Below are positions 37,301 through 50,714 of a stretch of DNA of 64,000 nt, piece after piece; within the stretch, counting starts at the first letter, position 1, and each line of letters begins with the position of its first letter. The stretch is from Sphaerodactylus townsendi (Eukaryota): NCBI RefSeq assembly GCF_021028975.2, contig NC_059430.1, positions 29,884,001 to 29,948,000 on the forward strand, written 5' to 3'. Below the pieces are notes generated by a model that was given only the letters and a program-made list of their open reading frames with translations, was not told the DNA's origin and did no database searches. The position numbers and the translations under genes were made by a program.

Positions 37301-40289
37301 ATAAACTTGGACTTTTCCTGTCAACGTAGGATTCATGGGGATTGCATTCAGGTTGTTACTGAAAAGCCTGAATGCAGTGAATGATCTAGTGCTGTTTACT
37401 CAAGGCAACTTGTCACAGCACTGTAGAAGAAGGAAAATTCAAGAAGCTTGACGGACACTTTGCTGTTGCATTCCTTGGATCAACAGCTGCTGGACTCTGA
37501 GCCAAATCTGGCTACGTCAAGAAATAACGCTTTGATGTTGGTATCCTTCAGGAACAAAAATGTTGTGCTCTCATAAAAATAAACAGAAAGACAAAGATTG
37601 CTGGCATTTACATCCCCCCACCCCCACTCCAATCTAGAACCAAAAGTCATTAAATATCTTGTATTAGAACCAACTAAAGTTACACAAAGAAATTTGAAAG
37701 CTTTTTGAGTTCTTCGGTATTCTGGATCAGATTGGAAGTGTCTCCTCCTCCACCCCCACCCCTTCTTTTTGGTATCCAGACTTATGAAAAGTTCTCAAGA
37801 ACTCAAAAGTTAGCCTCATGGTTTGAGCCGAAGACAGACTTTGGCCTTGGGGTTTTAAATGCAGTAGCACAGATTCACCACTGGGTGGCTGTCTTACCCC
37901 TGCTGTTTTTTCTTTCTCAAATTTGGATCATTGTTTTTGCCAAGTATTCAATATTTGGACTGTTCAGATCTTGAGCGTGACTTGGACTCTGTCCCCTGAG
38001 ACCCAAGGGGGCATTCTTTCTACTCATTTACGTCCAATATCCTGATTCTAGTGGTGGCCTCCAATGCCCCAGGCTAATTGGGAAGGAACAGTGAACTTAC
38101 GTTTGAAAACTGAAAGGACCCTTTCGGACTTCTCTGAATCATAACTGAGATGCTAGAATAAAATAGTCCAATGTTATTTTTTCATAATTAGTTATTCCCC
38201 GAGCATCCATTTATCAAATGTTTTGAGGTTCGGCCTTCGTAAAACTACGTATAGAATCATGCTTTTATAAATCAGACGATTTTGGAATAGTTCCACAACA
38301 TATGCACACCAGACTGGAAACGAGGTTGAATTATGGGCTTCCTTGCCTTGATGTCCCAAGTTTCTTGTTACTTTATAGATGGAGCTATTTTTTGGTCCTT
38401 GCTAAATCAGTAGGGACATGGTCCAGCCCTTCCTAATTTACATTAGGACTGAGTTCACAATATTAGTTTCATCGAAGTGGAACTGCTGTCTGCAATGCTT
38501 TATGTGATGTATACATTCATACATCATCAACCGCTGTTATCCTGAAGCTTTAGAGACAAAGTTAAGTGGTAATTAACAGAGAAGCAGGAGAAGAGGGGGA
38601 GGGCTTGGTTCCTCCATGGCTGGCTTTTTCCTTATTCCAGATCCTTTGCTTCTCTCTCTCTGCTTCTCCTCAATTGTATGTTTACATGTTACACACCTAA
38701 AGCACTTCAGCACCTAGACTGAGGCAGGCAATGATCTAGGGTCACACCTGAAAGGCATCGGGAACACACTAATTACTTTTGCACCGCAAATGTAAAAGCG
38801 CTTCTGATCATAAGATTTTTGAAAAGTTTAAAATGTATATTTATGAAAAGTAAAAATGCCTCAAAGAAAAAATGCCTCTGAGCAGGGAGACATTCCCTTG
38901 GCTAGCCTTTCCCCAGGCTGGTTGGCGAGAGCACTGAACTCAGGACAGATGTTCTCCAGCTCTTTTCATACACTACCCACATTTCATCCCCCCCCCCCCC
39001 CCACCTTCCTCCAAGAAGCTGAAGGCAGCTTACAGAGTGCGTGGCTCTCCCCTCATCAATTTTATCCTCTCAACAGCTTTATGTGGCAGGTTAGGCTAAG
39101 AGAATTATTGGCCCAAGGTCACCCAGTGAGTTCGTGGCTCAGTGGAGACTTGATCCCAGATCTCCCAAATAGGGTTGCTAACTCTGGGCTGAATTTCCTG
39201 GAGCTTTGGAGGTGCAGCCTGGAGATAATGGGGTTTGGGGAGAGGAGTGACCTCAACCTACAGTCCACATGCCAAAGAGACTGTATGTCTGTCATCCGGA
39301 GATCAGTTGTAATTCCAGGGGATCACCAGGCCCCTTCCAGAGGTCGGCAACCATATTCCCAAAGCCTAGTCCAACACCTTAACCACAACACTATGAGTGA
39401 TTCCGCACAGCATATTTATAACAAGTTGCTATTGTTATAAATGAACTTGTTTCCCCTTTTTATAAATAGAAAACGAATTCATTTATAATGATTGCACCCT
39501 GTTGTAAATATGCTGTGCCGAATCCACATATATTGTGTTAAGGAGTCATACCTCCAATTTCCTTCCCAGTAGCTGCTCAGAGTGCGGAGGAGCTGCCTTC
39601 ATTCTGTGGGTGAGGGAAAGATGCCTAAGTAAGAATCTTGAGCATCCTCTCCATTTATGCATCATAAATGTATGCATGTGCAATATAAAATATGTGCAAT
39701 ATAATCGTATGCAATATATAATGTGCAATATAATCGTATGAATGTGCAATATAAAACAAAAGGAGGGGGAACACTGTACCTTGCATTGATTAATGCTAAA
39801 GCGTGTCACCTAGAATCTGTTCGAAATAAACAATGTGATTATCTTCCCTGCCAAGTTTGCAAGACTGTGCTTTCCCAAAGAGTTTGTTTCTGTGCTGCAT
39901 TAAAGGCTAGCTTTCTTTTTGTAGGCCAAGATCCTTGGGGTGAATGCTATATTCGCTAGCACAGCGGGGTCTTTGTCTGTGACATTCAGGTCTCTTGGAC
40001 ACTGCTCTATAAAATGAGTCTCAAATATTTCAATACGGAGTTTGAATGTCATAGACATGGCAAAATGCCAATGGGGTCCAACAATTATTTTTTTTTTAAC
40101 CAGACATGTCTCCTGGACAAGAATGAGACTTGGTTCGTAGTTGTTTCTTTTTTAAAAACAACAACGACAACTTCATTTAGAAAAAAAATATCTTACAAAA
40201 GGAATAGCTGGAACTGGCAAGCTTAACTTAATTTGATTAATAATTGAAGTCCGTAAGCAATCAAAAGAAAAAGAACACTTCTCTCTGTG

Positions 40290-40451
40290 TTGTCTGAACT
40301 GAAGTCGAAAGGTGTGTTTTTGAGGGCTCTAGCTCATGTAGGATTTGTGGGCAATTACATAGCTGATGAGATAGCTAAGAAAGCAGCTGCTCATTAATAT
40401 ATAGATGTGGACATCTTTGGGATTTTAGGACATAAAAGATATTGTTACAAG
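40290..40451 (+). mobile_element. Old I-clade (Nimb-like) non-LTR RNase H fragment, continuing at 44704-44790 after the copia insertion
   Basis: Translation AHVGFVGNYIADEIAKKAA fits the LINE RNase H motif AHxGxxGNExADxLAK. The frame across the TSD continues DIKDIVTRRIN*RCQVY*REW. Confidence 0.6.
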
Positions 40452-43400
40452 TGTTGGAAGATCCACACCTGGTGCGTGTGTATCCCTTGAAAAGTAGCAG
40501 AGTGGCACAGAGGCTAAGCTTACAGGAGAAAGCTTACCTGGAGTACAAATGCGTGGTTGAGCTTGCTGAGACTTCAGACACAAAAAAGAAAATCAAGGTG
40601 CATTGTAGTTTCTTATCTAATAAAAAGAGTATTTATTAGTGAACTCCATTCTGGATAGAAAGGTGGAGAGGAATGGGTTCACTATCTAGTCTAATCCTAG
40701 CTGGATGGAGAGGCCCAGGATCAAATGGGAAATTTATCCCTCTCCCTAGGCATGAGTGAAAGTAGAGTATGGAGAGGTCCGAGAAGAAGTGAGGAAGCAA
40801 GGGGAGGAAGTCCCTAGGTATCCAGTCTACATCAAAGGGATAGACACAGCATGATAGAGTAAAGGTGACAAATTCTAAGTCCCTATCAGCACTATTTCGC
40901 TAGTAAAAACCCTCTGTGGGATGAGGCGGAAACGGCATTACAGTCCCTTTCTTTAAACACCCCCCTCTCGATGTTTCTTGACTCAGGTGGTCAGGCTTAT
41001 CTTGCTTCTTAGCTTCTCAAAGCTGGTTTAGGTGGGAATTGAGTGAGAGATCTGCAGAAGCATCTACGCTGGTGTGAGGAAGTAGATCAGTTGAATGGCA
41101 TGCATCCTTTTTGCAGATGTCTCACTATATCGGTACTTTGGATCAATGTGCTTGGTTGGTTTCTTCACATCTTCTTGTTTGGATAGTTTGATGCAGCTTT
41201 GGTGGTCTTCATGCACAATTCCTTTATGGGAAGTGATGGTTTCCTTACCTAAGTCTTTTAATGGATTGACATATCCATTTGTAGTTCATTGACAAGCGTG
41301 GTAGCTGATACATATTCTGCTTCTGTGGTAGATGCTGTTTGGTGCCGGTAACTAATAGGGTTATTTCAAAGAAAATGATCTGACCATTGGTAGGCGTTCT
41401 GTCAGTTAAGTCTCCAGCCAGTCTGCATCAACATAAGCTATTAGTGTAGCATCTTTGGTGGCTGGTAGTTTCAGTTTCAGTTCTGTACTTCCTTTCAAAT
41501 ATCTAGTCACTCTTTGTAGTGCATTCCAGACTTTACTGTTGGTGGAAGCAATCTTTCGCGTGTCCGACTGCTGTACTTATATCTGGTCGGGTTTTGGTAC
41601 TGATGCTCAGAAGTTTGTTTACAACTTCTTTGTATGGTGTTGTCAGAGTTGTTTTGGTGAAATTATCTTCCTTTATAACTGGTTTGCATAGGAATGGGAG
41701 CTGAGTGGCTACTTGTAGATTCAGTAAGTTGATTAGGTCTGTGATCTTTTGATTTGTTGATTCAGAAGCTCCGATCTTTCTCTCTTTCAATTTGGATTCC
41801 CTAGGTAGTTAACCCAACTTTTCTAGTTGTATGATTTCAAGGGGTTGGTTCAGATATTGTATTAATCCTTTGTGGTGATCTGGGTGAGCATAGGCTAAAA
41901 GTAGTTCTTGGTTAAAAGCAAAATATAAGTCCATTTTCCATTTCTGTTCTTGACATAAAAGGCATGAATCAGCCTTACTGTTGAAGTCTGCTTAGTATGT
42001 TGTTCAAAAATGTGGATTTGATCTTTATCTGTTGAATTTTCATCTGCTTGCTAGCTGCAATGCTGAGTAAAGTTCTTATGGTGGTAAAGTTGACAGTTGA
42101 ATAAAAAGTTTCATCAGGGTCTTTCCATTGGTTTGGTTCATCTACAGTCAATCTTGCAAGGTAGGACTGCTTCAATGGAAGCATTTCCTTGTTGAATGTT
42201 CTGGTGGAGTCTCACCTCAATTCTTGGGATTGCATCCCCCCCTCTGTTTATACACTTGTCAGCATTGGGTCAACATCCTGGTCAGGTATTTCATCTGGAT
42301 CATCTAAGCTGTCATCTTTCTGGCAAATCATCACAGGGCAGGGTCTGGTCATGGTGTACTTACTCTCTGAAGGCATGGAGCTGGTAATCACTTGCATAAT
42401 CAAATTCAGTCTCTGATTCAAATCATCTTCTGAATTCTCAAATTACAGTCCTCATTTTCAAAATCCCATTCATCATCATCCACACATCTCTCTGGATTCA
42501 AAATCATCACTGTCACAGTCCACTGAATTCATCAACGTGTAAAGTCCATTTTGTTCATTCATGTCCACCCAGTTTCTCTGGTATTATAATCCTTCAAACA
42601 CAGTCCATCATTCTTGTTATCAAAGCATTTGTTTCTTAAAATCCTTATTCCAAAACTTTTTCAGCTGCATGGCTTTGCTGAATAAATGATCTCTCTCTGT
42701 TGTCTGGTTTTACCTTGGCTGTAAAATTCACCTCATGGACTTTAAAATCAAGATTCATAATAAAATCATTGTTCTCAGATTCATCAAAACAGTCATTGTT
42801 TCCTGTACAGTGTTGCACAGCATACCTCCTTCAATAATATAAGCAGTCATGCATAATTTGTGATCTCTGGTGGCGTGGCATCTTCCTTTTTTTGAAATGT
42901 GATAATAGCCTTTCCTCTCTAGATCAGAAATTGCTATCAGAGATGTATCCATATTTGGTACATATAGCACATTCTCTAGAGTAAATTTTCTGATTGAATT
43001 ATCAGGTAGCTTGCACTCCAATAAGCACATTGCCTTTTTTGTCACAGCTATGAGACTTGAACCATTAAGCCATAAGAAATACGTTGTTTTAGGAATCACA
43101 CTTGAAGTTTTGTGAAATAGTTTAAATCATTATTAAAAATACTTTGGGTAGCTCCACTATCAATATGGTCTGTGTAAATCCTGTGTCTCTTGCCGGACTT
43201 CAAGGACTGATCTCTGGTTACAGACATGTGACCGATCCTTCTGGCTTCCAGTTACCCCTGGCAACCTCATGGAAATGCGACTGCCTCCTCCCGGTGGCTG
43301 TTAGTACCCTTTGTTTGGGGCCTGGTCAAAGCAAGAGTTTCCCTTGCTGGCTGACTTTCTTGAAGTTCAATGTGGAGCTTAAGCTGATCTCAGAGGGATA

Positions 43401-44698
43401 ATCTAGATGCAGCTTGATCCAAATGTCATGAGATCTTATCAGTTCCAACTCAGATATAATCGATTTAAATGAAGATGGCATTGTTAGAAATAAGGCAGAC
43501 GTTTAGCACTCTCAGTTAGAGGTTCGCTGCGTTTGCTAACTTAGTAAAAAAAGTCTTCAACTTTGTCCAAATGGGTGAGAAATCCTCCCCTTCTCTGCCA
43601 TTAGACTATACAGTCCGGCTTGTAATGTGTGAACAGAAGCCCAAGGGCTGTCGCCAAATAGGTCTTGTATTTTTTTCAGCATGGCCTTGGCGTTTAAATG
43701 GCAGATATCTTGATAGCGGTATTACTCACAGACAAAGGAGATCAGGTGTCTAGCCCGCTAGCGTCAATGCGGATCATTTCACCAACACAATGGCGACTTT
43801 CATTGAATTCCCTTCTGGTAGGATCCTGCTTAGAGACACTCCAAACCGTCCTCTGCGTCAGCCAATGTAGCTGATCCCTCCATTTCCAAATAATTGTCCG
43901 TGTCAAAATCAAAAGTGAATACTGCGTTGTAATTTACGTCATCATTGATCAAAGAGTGATGCAAAACAGTGATACAAAAAACCCTCCGGCAAACCCTCCT
44001 CAGAGCTCGGGAAAAAACAAGTAAAAGTTAACTCCTGAGTGTCAAGTTCCTCTCTCATTCAAAAGCTCCAAAACTCCAAAACGTGCTTTCTCAAAGGTGC
44101 TCCTGTTTGCATGTCGTGCACTCCAAAACTTAAAGCAAAACGGTTGAATTGCCCAAAAGGAAACAACTGGGGCAAAAAAATTAACCTATTTAAATGCTGG
44201 GCCCATACCCTGTTGGAGATCCACACCTGAATGTGTGTATCCCACGCTTGAAAAGTAGCAGAGTGGCACAGAGGCTAAACAGGGGAAACACCTGGGTACG
44301 AAACAAGTGGTTGAGCTTGCTAGAGAACTTCGAACCTGAAAATCAGAGTCATTTGTAGTTTCTTATCTAATAAAAGGTATTTATTAGTGAACTCCATTCT
44401 GGATAGAAAGGTGGAGAGATAGGTTCACTATCTAGTCTAATAATCTAGCTGGTGGAAGCCGGATCGTGGGAAGTACATCCTCTCCTAGGCATGCGTAGTA
44501 GGTAATGGGAGGTCGAGAGAAGCGAGGAAGCAAGGGAGGAAGTCCCTAAGAGTATCCAGTCTACATCAAAGGGATAGACCTGGCATGATAGAGTAAAGGT
44601 GACAAATTCCTAAGTCCCTATCTAGCCACTAGCTCGCTAGTAAAAAACCCCTCTGTAGGATGAGGCAGGAAACAGCGTACAGTCCCTTTCTTCCAACA
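40452..44698 (-). mobile_element. Degenerate Ty1/copia LTR retrotransposon; LTRs 40452-40959 and 44211-44698
   Basis: LTRs start TGTTG and end AACA, with a 5-bp TSD ACAAG on both sides. PBS GGGTATGGGCCCAG at 44210-44197 and PPT at 40970-40960. Remnants include protease DSGAT (43161-43147), ENVLYVPN, RT ETFYSTV..TIRTLLSIAA and TRPDISTAVG, and RNase H STTEAEY. Many stops and frameshifts. Confidence 0.93.
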
Positions 44699-46084
44699 AC
44701 AAGGAGGATCAACTAGAGGTGCCAGGTGTACTAGAGAGAATGGGATAACTGCATGGATACTTTATTCCAGATTGCAAATTCTCTGACCTGTAGTAGGTTC
44801 AGACAAGTAATTGAAGTCCAGGCTATGCCAGGTTTTGGTGGGCCCTGGGCAGAGGGTGCCCACTTGTACCCCAAACCTATTTGGATATCTCCAAAATCTC
44901 TGCCGTGGCAACCCCGCAGGGGGGACTTATGTGGGTGGCACATCAGGCAGAGATCAGTGGTGTCATCTGCCACTGCACAAACAAACAAGTGAAGAGAAGG
45001 CAGCCAGCAGTCGTGGTACCAATGAGGAAATGTGGGCCTTGACTGCTCCCCTTCTCTCTGATCCCAGGCAACTTCATCATCACAGTCAAGCACTCTGAGC
45101 ATAGAGCCACACACTTGCTCAGTTTTTTGCCCCTGAGCTTGGAAACTTCTCTGTGGGGTCCCACAGGGAGAAAACGTTCCCCTTTCTTTGAAAACTGCAA
45201 TCCAAACTGAGGCTGCAATCCAAAGGAGGGGGCTGAAGCCACCGTGGAAGTGGCCAGAAGGTTGCGCTGGTGCCACCAGTGCCATGCAGAGTGGCATAGG
45301 CACTTCCCCCAGTGCCAGGGCACCACGCAGTTCTTCGGCACAGTAACCAAGAGGTTTTCCTCCACATTCTTGCTCCTGCGCTGAAGGAGGCTGCACCAAC
45401 ATGGAGGGGGTCATTCTGGGGATGTTCCCTCCCAAAGGACTTTCAGCCCAGGAACGCTCCCCCCTTCAGCAGCACAGATTTATGCCACTAAAAAGCATGG
45501 CATAAATCTTGTGTGCCTATGAGCTTTCTCAGGGGAGAAGGGAGTTTCTCTTTCAAGGCAGTGCAACAGAAGGCTCCAGCTGCCGCTCTACCACCTCCTC
45601 CCCTCTAGATTGGGCTGCCTATCTCTTTCTCCAAAGCTGAGAGCCAGACGTCTACGTCTACTTTCCTACGCTTCCTTGCATCCTTTCTGTGCATCACGGT
45701 TCCAGGGAATACCCTCCTGGAAACGGCTGCCTTGGTCATGGGAGCACTCTTGGATAATCCTCCCAACCTATAGCTGGCAGCCATTTTGTGGGGGGCAGCG
45801 ACCACGGCATTTAATCAAAATCTAAAAGAATCCACAGGCTCAGCAAGGATGCAGAGTAGACCCCTTCCCTGTGGTATATTATAAGGAGCAATGCAGCAAA
45901 TGCATGATGAGTCTTGCTCGCTTTTTGAGGACTGTTGGGCTGAGTGGGAATATTTTATTTATTGTAGAAAATGTATATTTAACCCTTTTTAGTACTGAAA
46001 TGACCTCCAAGGCAGCACAGTTGTTCCCCTCTTCTGCTTTCTTCTCAAGCTCCAGCTCTTCTTCCATAATTAATCTGCTCAGGA

Positions 46085-47260
46085 CCTCTCTAGTCTGAAT
46101 TCAGACTGGGTTGTGGAAAAGAGGCCGGCCCTGGTAGCTTTAGCTGATAACCTCTGTCTGAATGGAGGCAAAGGCCATGCCTCTTTGATGCTCGTTCTGG
46201 ATTTATTTGCAGCCTTTAATACAGTGGGTCGTGCCATCTTGTTGAAGTGTTTGGGAACGGAAATAAGTGTCAGGAAACGTGCTGGTTCAAATCATTCCTC
46301 AAGGACCAGACTCAAAGGATTGCCTATGACTAGTTGTCATCAGTGTGGGACCTACTCTGTGGGATTCCACAGGACGCAAATCTTATCCCCCATCCTATTC
46401 AATTCCAATGTAAAGCCCTCGGGACAAATTATTTGCAGTTCTGGGAATGGTTGTCATTAATATGCTGAGAATACCGATATCTCCTTATCCAAATCTCCTG
46501 GTGATGAAGTAGAGGTCTCTTGAATTGCGGTCTGTCTGCTGTGTTTAAAGGGCTAAGACTGAACAAATTGAAAGTAAATCCTAACAAGACAGAGCTAAGG
46601 CTGGTCAAGAGATCTCAAAGGGCATTGTGGTTCGCACCTTTGATGGGGTTCAGCTGACCCTTTGCTGACTTAGTTAAGAGCTCAGAGATCATATTGGATC
46701 CAACATTTGGAGGCGCAAGTTAATGCACCTCAAAAAAAAGTTTTCTTCCAACTCAGCTTAGCTTAGAAAATGGTCTCCTACCCTGACTTGGCTGATCTGG
46801 CCACCTGGATCCATACTATAGTGACATAAGACTAGACTACTGTAATGCACCCTGCTTAGGTCTCTCCTCAGAGACTCCAGTTGGTACAGAATGCCAAAGC
46901 TTGCCTATTATCAGGAACCAAGTGCAGCATGCTTATTACTCCTATTCTACAGCCACTCCATTGGCTGCCCATCAGTTACTGGGTTCAGTTCAAGGTACTG
47001 ACTGTCACATACAAAGTTCTTCATGGTATTGGACCCTCATATCTATGAGACCATCTCTCCCATTAAGCTCCTCCACAACAGTTTTGCTCATCTGAGCAGG
47101 GCCTTCTGAAGTTGCAACTCTGCAAATGGGCAAGATCAAGAACTAACCTGTATGTGTACACTCTCTGTTGTGGCTTCCACCTTATAGAATAGCCTGACTG
47201 CTGTGATTAGGTACGCTCCCACTCTTCTGGCTTTCTACAAACTAAGCAAAGTTGAATTAC
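46085..47260 (+). mobile_element. L2-type LINE remnant
   Basis: ALVALADNL...LVLDLFAAFNTV..AILL...ILSPILFN (L2 RT), followed by LDYCNA and LHWLP-like 3' remnants. Confidence 0.75.
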
Positions 47261-47464
47261 TTCTGATGACATTCTTTAAAAAGTAATAGAATGGTTCAGA
47301 AAGTTGCTGTAAATATGTTGTATAGTATGTAGGTATATAGTACTTACTATCTTTTGCTCTGCCTATCATCCCACTATGTAATTTCTCATAATTTAACATG
47401 CCATGTTAATGCTTATGTGTTGTTTCAGCTTTGTTTCAGATTTCAGCAATCCAATTTACATTCC

Positions 47465-48225
47465 AATTCTAAAAAAAGGAGATGTCAGTGACTACAGCAA
47501 CTATTTGGCCATTAATTTCTCATGCGAATAAAGGAATTCTCAAAATCTTACAATAGAGACTATTACCACATATGAAACCAGAAATGTCTGATGTTTCAAG
47601 TTGGATTCAGAAAAGGAAGAGTACTAGAGATCATATTGCAATTGGCTCCATCCGCAACTAAAAGAGAGGCTGCAACCAATAAATCAGAAGGAGATTGAGA
47701 CTGGGAAAGGCAGCCATGAAAGAGCTAGAAAAGATTATGAAGTGTAAGGATGTGTCACTGGCAACCAAGATCAAGTTAATTCATGCCATAGTATTCCTCG
47801 TTAATATGTATGGGTGTGAAAGCTGGACGATGAAGAAAGCAGACAGGAAGAAAGCAGATTTCTTTGAAATGTGGTGTTGTAGACGAGTTTTACAGATACT
47901 GTGGACCACCACTAAGGCAAGTCAGTGGGTTCTAGATCCAATCAAGCTTGAATTGTCCCTAGAAGTGAAAATGACTAAACTTAGGTAATCATACTTTGGT
48001 CACATAATAAGAAGAGTATAATGGTAGGAAAAGCTGAAGCCAGCAGAAGAAGAGCAAGACCCAACACGAAATGGATTGTTTCTATGAAGGAAGTCTTGGC
48101 CCTCATTTTGCAACACCTGAGCAAGTCTGCTAACGATAGGATGTTTGGAGGACACTGATTCATAAGGTGGCCATGAGTCAGAGGCAACTTGATTTCACTT
48201 AACACACACACACACACACGCACGC
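47465..48225 (+). mobile_element. RTE/BovB-like LINE remnant with an internal deletion and (CA)n tail
   Basis: KKGD...NY...ISHANK.ILKIL...GFRKGRSTRDHIA joined directly to the C-terminal MYGCESWTMKKADRKK.D.FEMWC.RR.L. Confidence 0.85.
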
Positions 48226-48485
48226 ACACTCCTATTATACTACTTATTAGGTGTTTCATCCTGTTAATTGTATTGACTTACCCTGTGTAATCTTCCTTCA
48301 GTTTCAGTGGACTATAAATAATGTGAATAAAACTAAAAAGTATAAGATATTGCTAGTTCTTGTCTAATAGATAGCAGTTATAGAACCTATTCAGACTCCA
48401 CAGAAGAGCAACAATAATGGAGATGCTTCAGGGGCAGTCTCTCTTCTCTCCCCTCTCAGTTTAGCAGGATCAATTTAGGATACAA

Positions 48486-48500
48486 TGGTGTGTGTGTGTG

Positions 48501-48547
<47 letters not shown>

Positions 48548-48924
48548 TGAGTAGAACAGAAGAGACAGATTCTCAGTTGCTCTTTATATATGAGTTTACT
48601 AACTGTAAAGGGAGGGTTACATGGAGATAAAATCCTTTCGTGTTACACATCTACATAACTGTACATTTGGTTACATCTTGGTCCCTATCTGCTGTCTCAT
48701 GCTCATGGTGGTGGTGGTGGTGGTGTGTCTGCTCTAACAAAGGAACAGAGTTAACGTTATAACTTCAGATATACATGCTCACAACATGTAAGCAGTGGCT
48801 ATCTGGCTGACCAATAGCTAATCAATAGACCAGGTCATAAACAGTGACTTCAGCAACTTGTTTACATCCAAACAGTTAACCCTTTTATGACTGAGTTGTG
48901 ACAGACACTTGCGAAATCCCAACA
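48486..48924. mobile_element. Solo LTR with a (TG)n(TCTG)n microsatellite expanded at one end
   Basis: Ends TG...CAACA flanked by a 5-bp direct repeat TACAA (48481-48485 and 48925-48929). Confidence 0.6.
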
Positions 48925-50199
48925 TACAAGCATCTATCCCCCTAAACAATTAGGATTATGCCAGAAGTCTACATTTAGAGAAATTAATAATAAAATGGAC
49001 ATCATTGTAGGGTGCTCATGCATTGGGCATGATTTTTAGATCCATCAGAGTTCTTTTTCAGTTTTTTAGAAGTGGGAGTGTGTAAATGGGAATTGATTAG
49101 GGCAAAATGAATGTGGTAGGGAATGAATTACTCCCAAATTAGCCGATTAAAAAAGTGAGCAGAAGTGGATGAACTGATAAAACTTGACGACATTAAAGGC
49201 CCTTCGCCTTTCAAGCTTTGCAGAGTAACAGTGGCAGTCCAGATGTTTTTATCCTTGATGTACCACAGTTGCATTATAAGATGATGCACTTCAGAGCATG
49301 TGTAAACACTTGGTAAATCAGTGATAGTAATCTTTGTTGGAGAGAGGAGAATTTCTCAAATTTGCCTCCTCATATTGTATTTCTAACCAGGTGAGGAAAA
49401 GTCGCTTTAACCATTTGGCTCGAAGTTGCAGATAACAATTTAGCTGGTTCTAAACAAATTTCGGAAAACTGTTACTCGATAGGAGCACTTATTTGTCTTG
49501 TGTTATAGAATTCTTCACGTTTCCTAGCTATAAACGGGTACAAGTCCACTGCTGTTGTGTGAGCTTTACTTTCACGTGACGAGGTTTGGTCTGGATCAAT
49601 TGGCCATGCTGGCAGGGGCTGATGGGATTTGTAGTCCATGAACATCTGGAGAGCCGCAGGTTGCAGACCCCTGGATGGTGTTGCAGGTGGGTTCTTGGGT
49701 GAGGCTCCCGTTCTCTGGCTGGATTAATTATTCTGTATGCTTTTAAAAAAAGTGGCAAAAAAGACAATATGGATTCTGCCATCACTCTTAAATTCCACTT
49801 CATGCTCAGGCTGCAATCCTAAAAACAGTCCCTTAGGAGTCAGTCCAGTGGAATAAAATGGGATTTAGACCTGTTTAGGATTGCTGCCTAAATCGTTTTA
49901 AAATAATTGACATGCGTGGATAAATTGGGTCCATGAAAAAAAGAACCTCTTTGTTTTGTTTGCTTAGATAAGTAGATTGAGTAACTTTGAAAAAGTTTTG
50001 GGGGGAGGAGGTTAGCAAGGCAGAATGGGTTAACTCTCTTCATTAATTCCCCACCCCATGTTGTCCAAAAGAAAGTCCTGTTTACTGCAGTTTCCCCAAG
50101 TCCTCAACTATTCTGGGTTTCCATAGCAATGGGGCCGGTTCCTCAGCCAGCTGCAGATTAGCTCACTGGAAAGGAGTCAGGATGGGTCAGGCTAGGGAA

Positions 50200-50714
50200 G
50201 GGTGGGAAGAAAGACACAGGAGAGGGAGGAGGCGGAGAGGAGGAGGAGGAGGAGGAGGAGGAGGAGGGAGAAAAAGAGGGGGTGGGGAAGAAGAGCACAT
50301 TCACATCCTAAACTTTGAAGAGAAGCGAGAGAAAAGGAGCAGCGCAGTTGGGAAAATATCGGAAAGGGCGGGAGCGGAGCAGATAAGGAACTGATGGTTT
50401 GGGGAGGCGAAAGCAGCAGGAGGAAGAGAGTTTGCTAAGCCAGAAACTGGAGACTCCGGAATGGCTTAGCGGGGGAAGCTGATCCTTCGGCAGCGGAGGG
50501 GAGGAGAGAGAAATCCTTAAAAAAAAAAGAAAGAATAAGTGGCTTGCGAGGAACTCTGGTAACAAAGGGGGGGGGGGTTGGGGGGAGCCAGAGGACTATG
50601 CAACCGGAGCCTGCTTTTCGTGTTGCTGCTGCTGCCGCCAGGCTGAAGTTGGACTTACCCAAGATGAGAACGGAAGGCAGACTGGGGGCAGCCCGGCTAC
50701 TGCCATCGAGCAAG
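50200..50714 (+). other. DENND2A: Promoter/first exon of the next gene, probably DENND2A; may encode MQPEPAF...LLPSSK (ATG 50598)
   Basis: Purine-rich (GGA)n tract, local CpG enrichment and donor AAG|gtaggc at 50714/50715. The identity comes only from known synteny (DENND2A is divergent from ADCK2); no DENN domain is inside the window. Confidence 0.5.

Noticed and set aside
38856-39440. 194-aa ORF on the + strand
   Set aside because: It runs through a SINE remnant and a nested MITE; a chance open frame.
44731-45435. 234-aa ORF on the - strand
   Set aside because: No recognisable domain or splice context, non-ATG start, and overlapping ORFs in other frames; it lies in GC-rich, repeat-like sequence.
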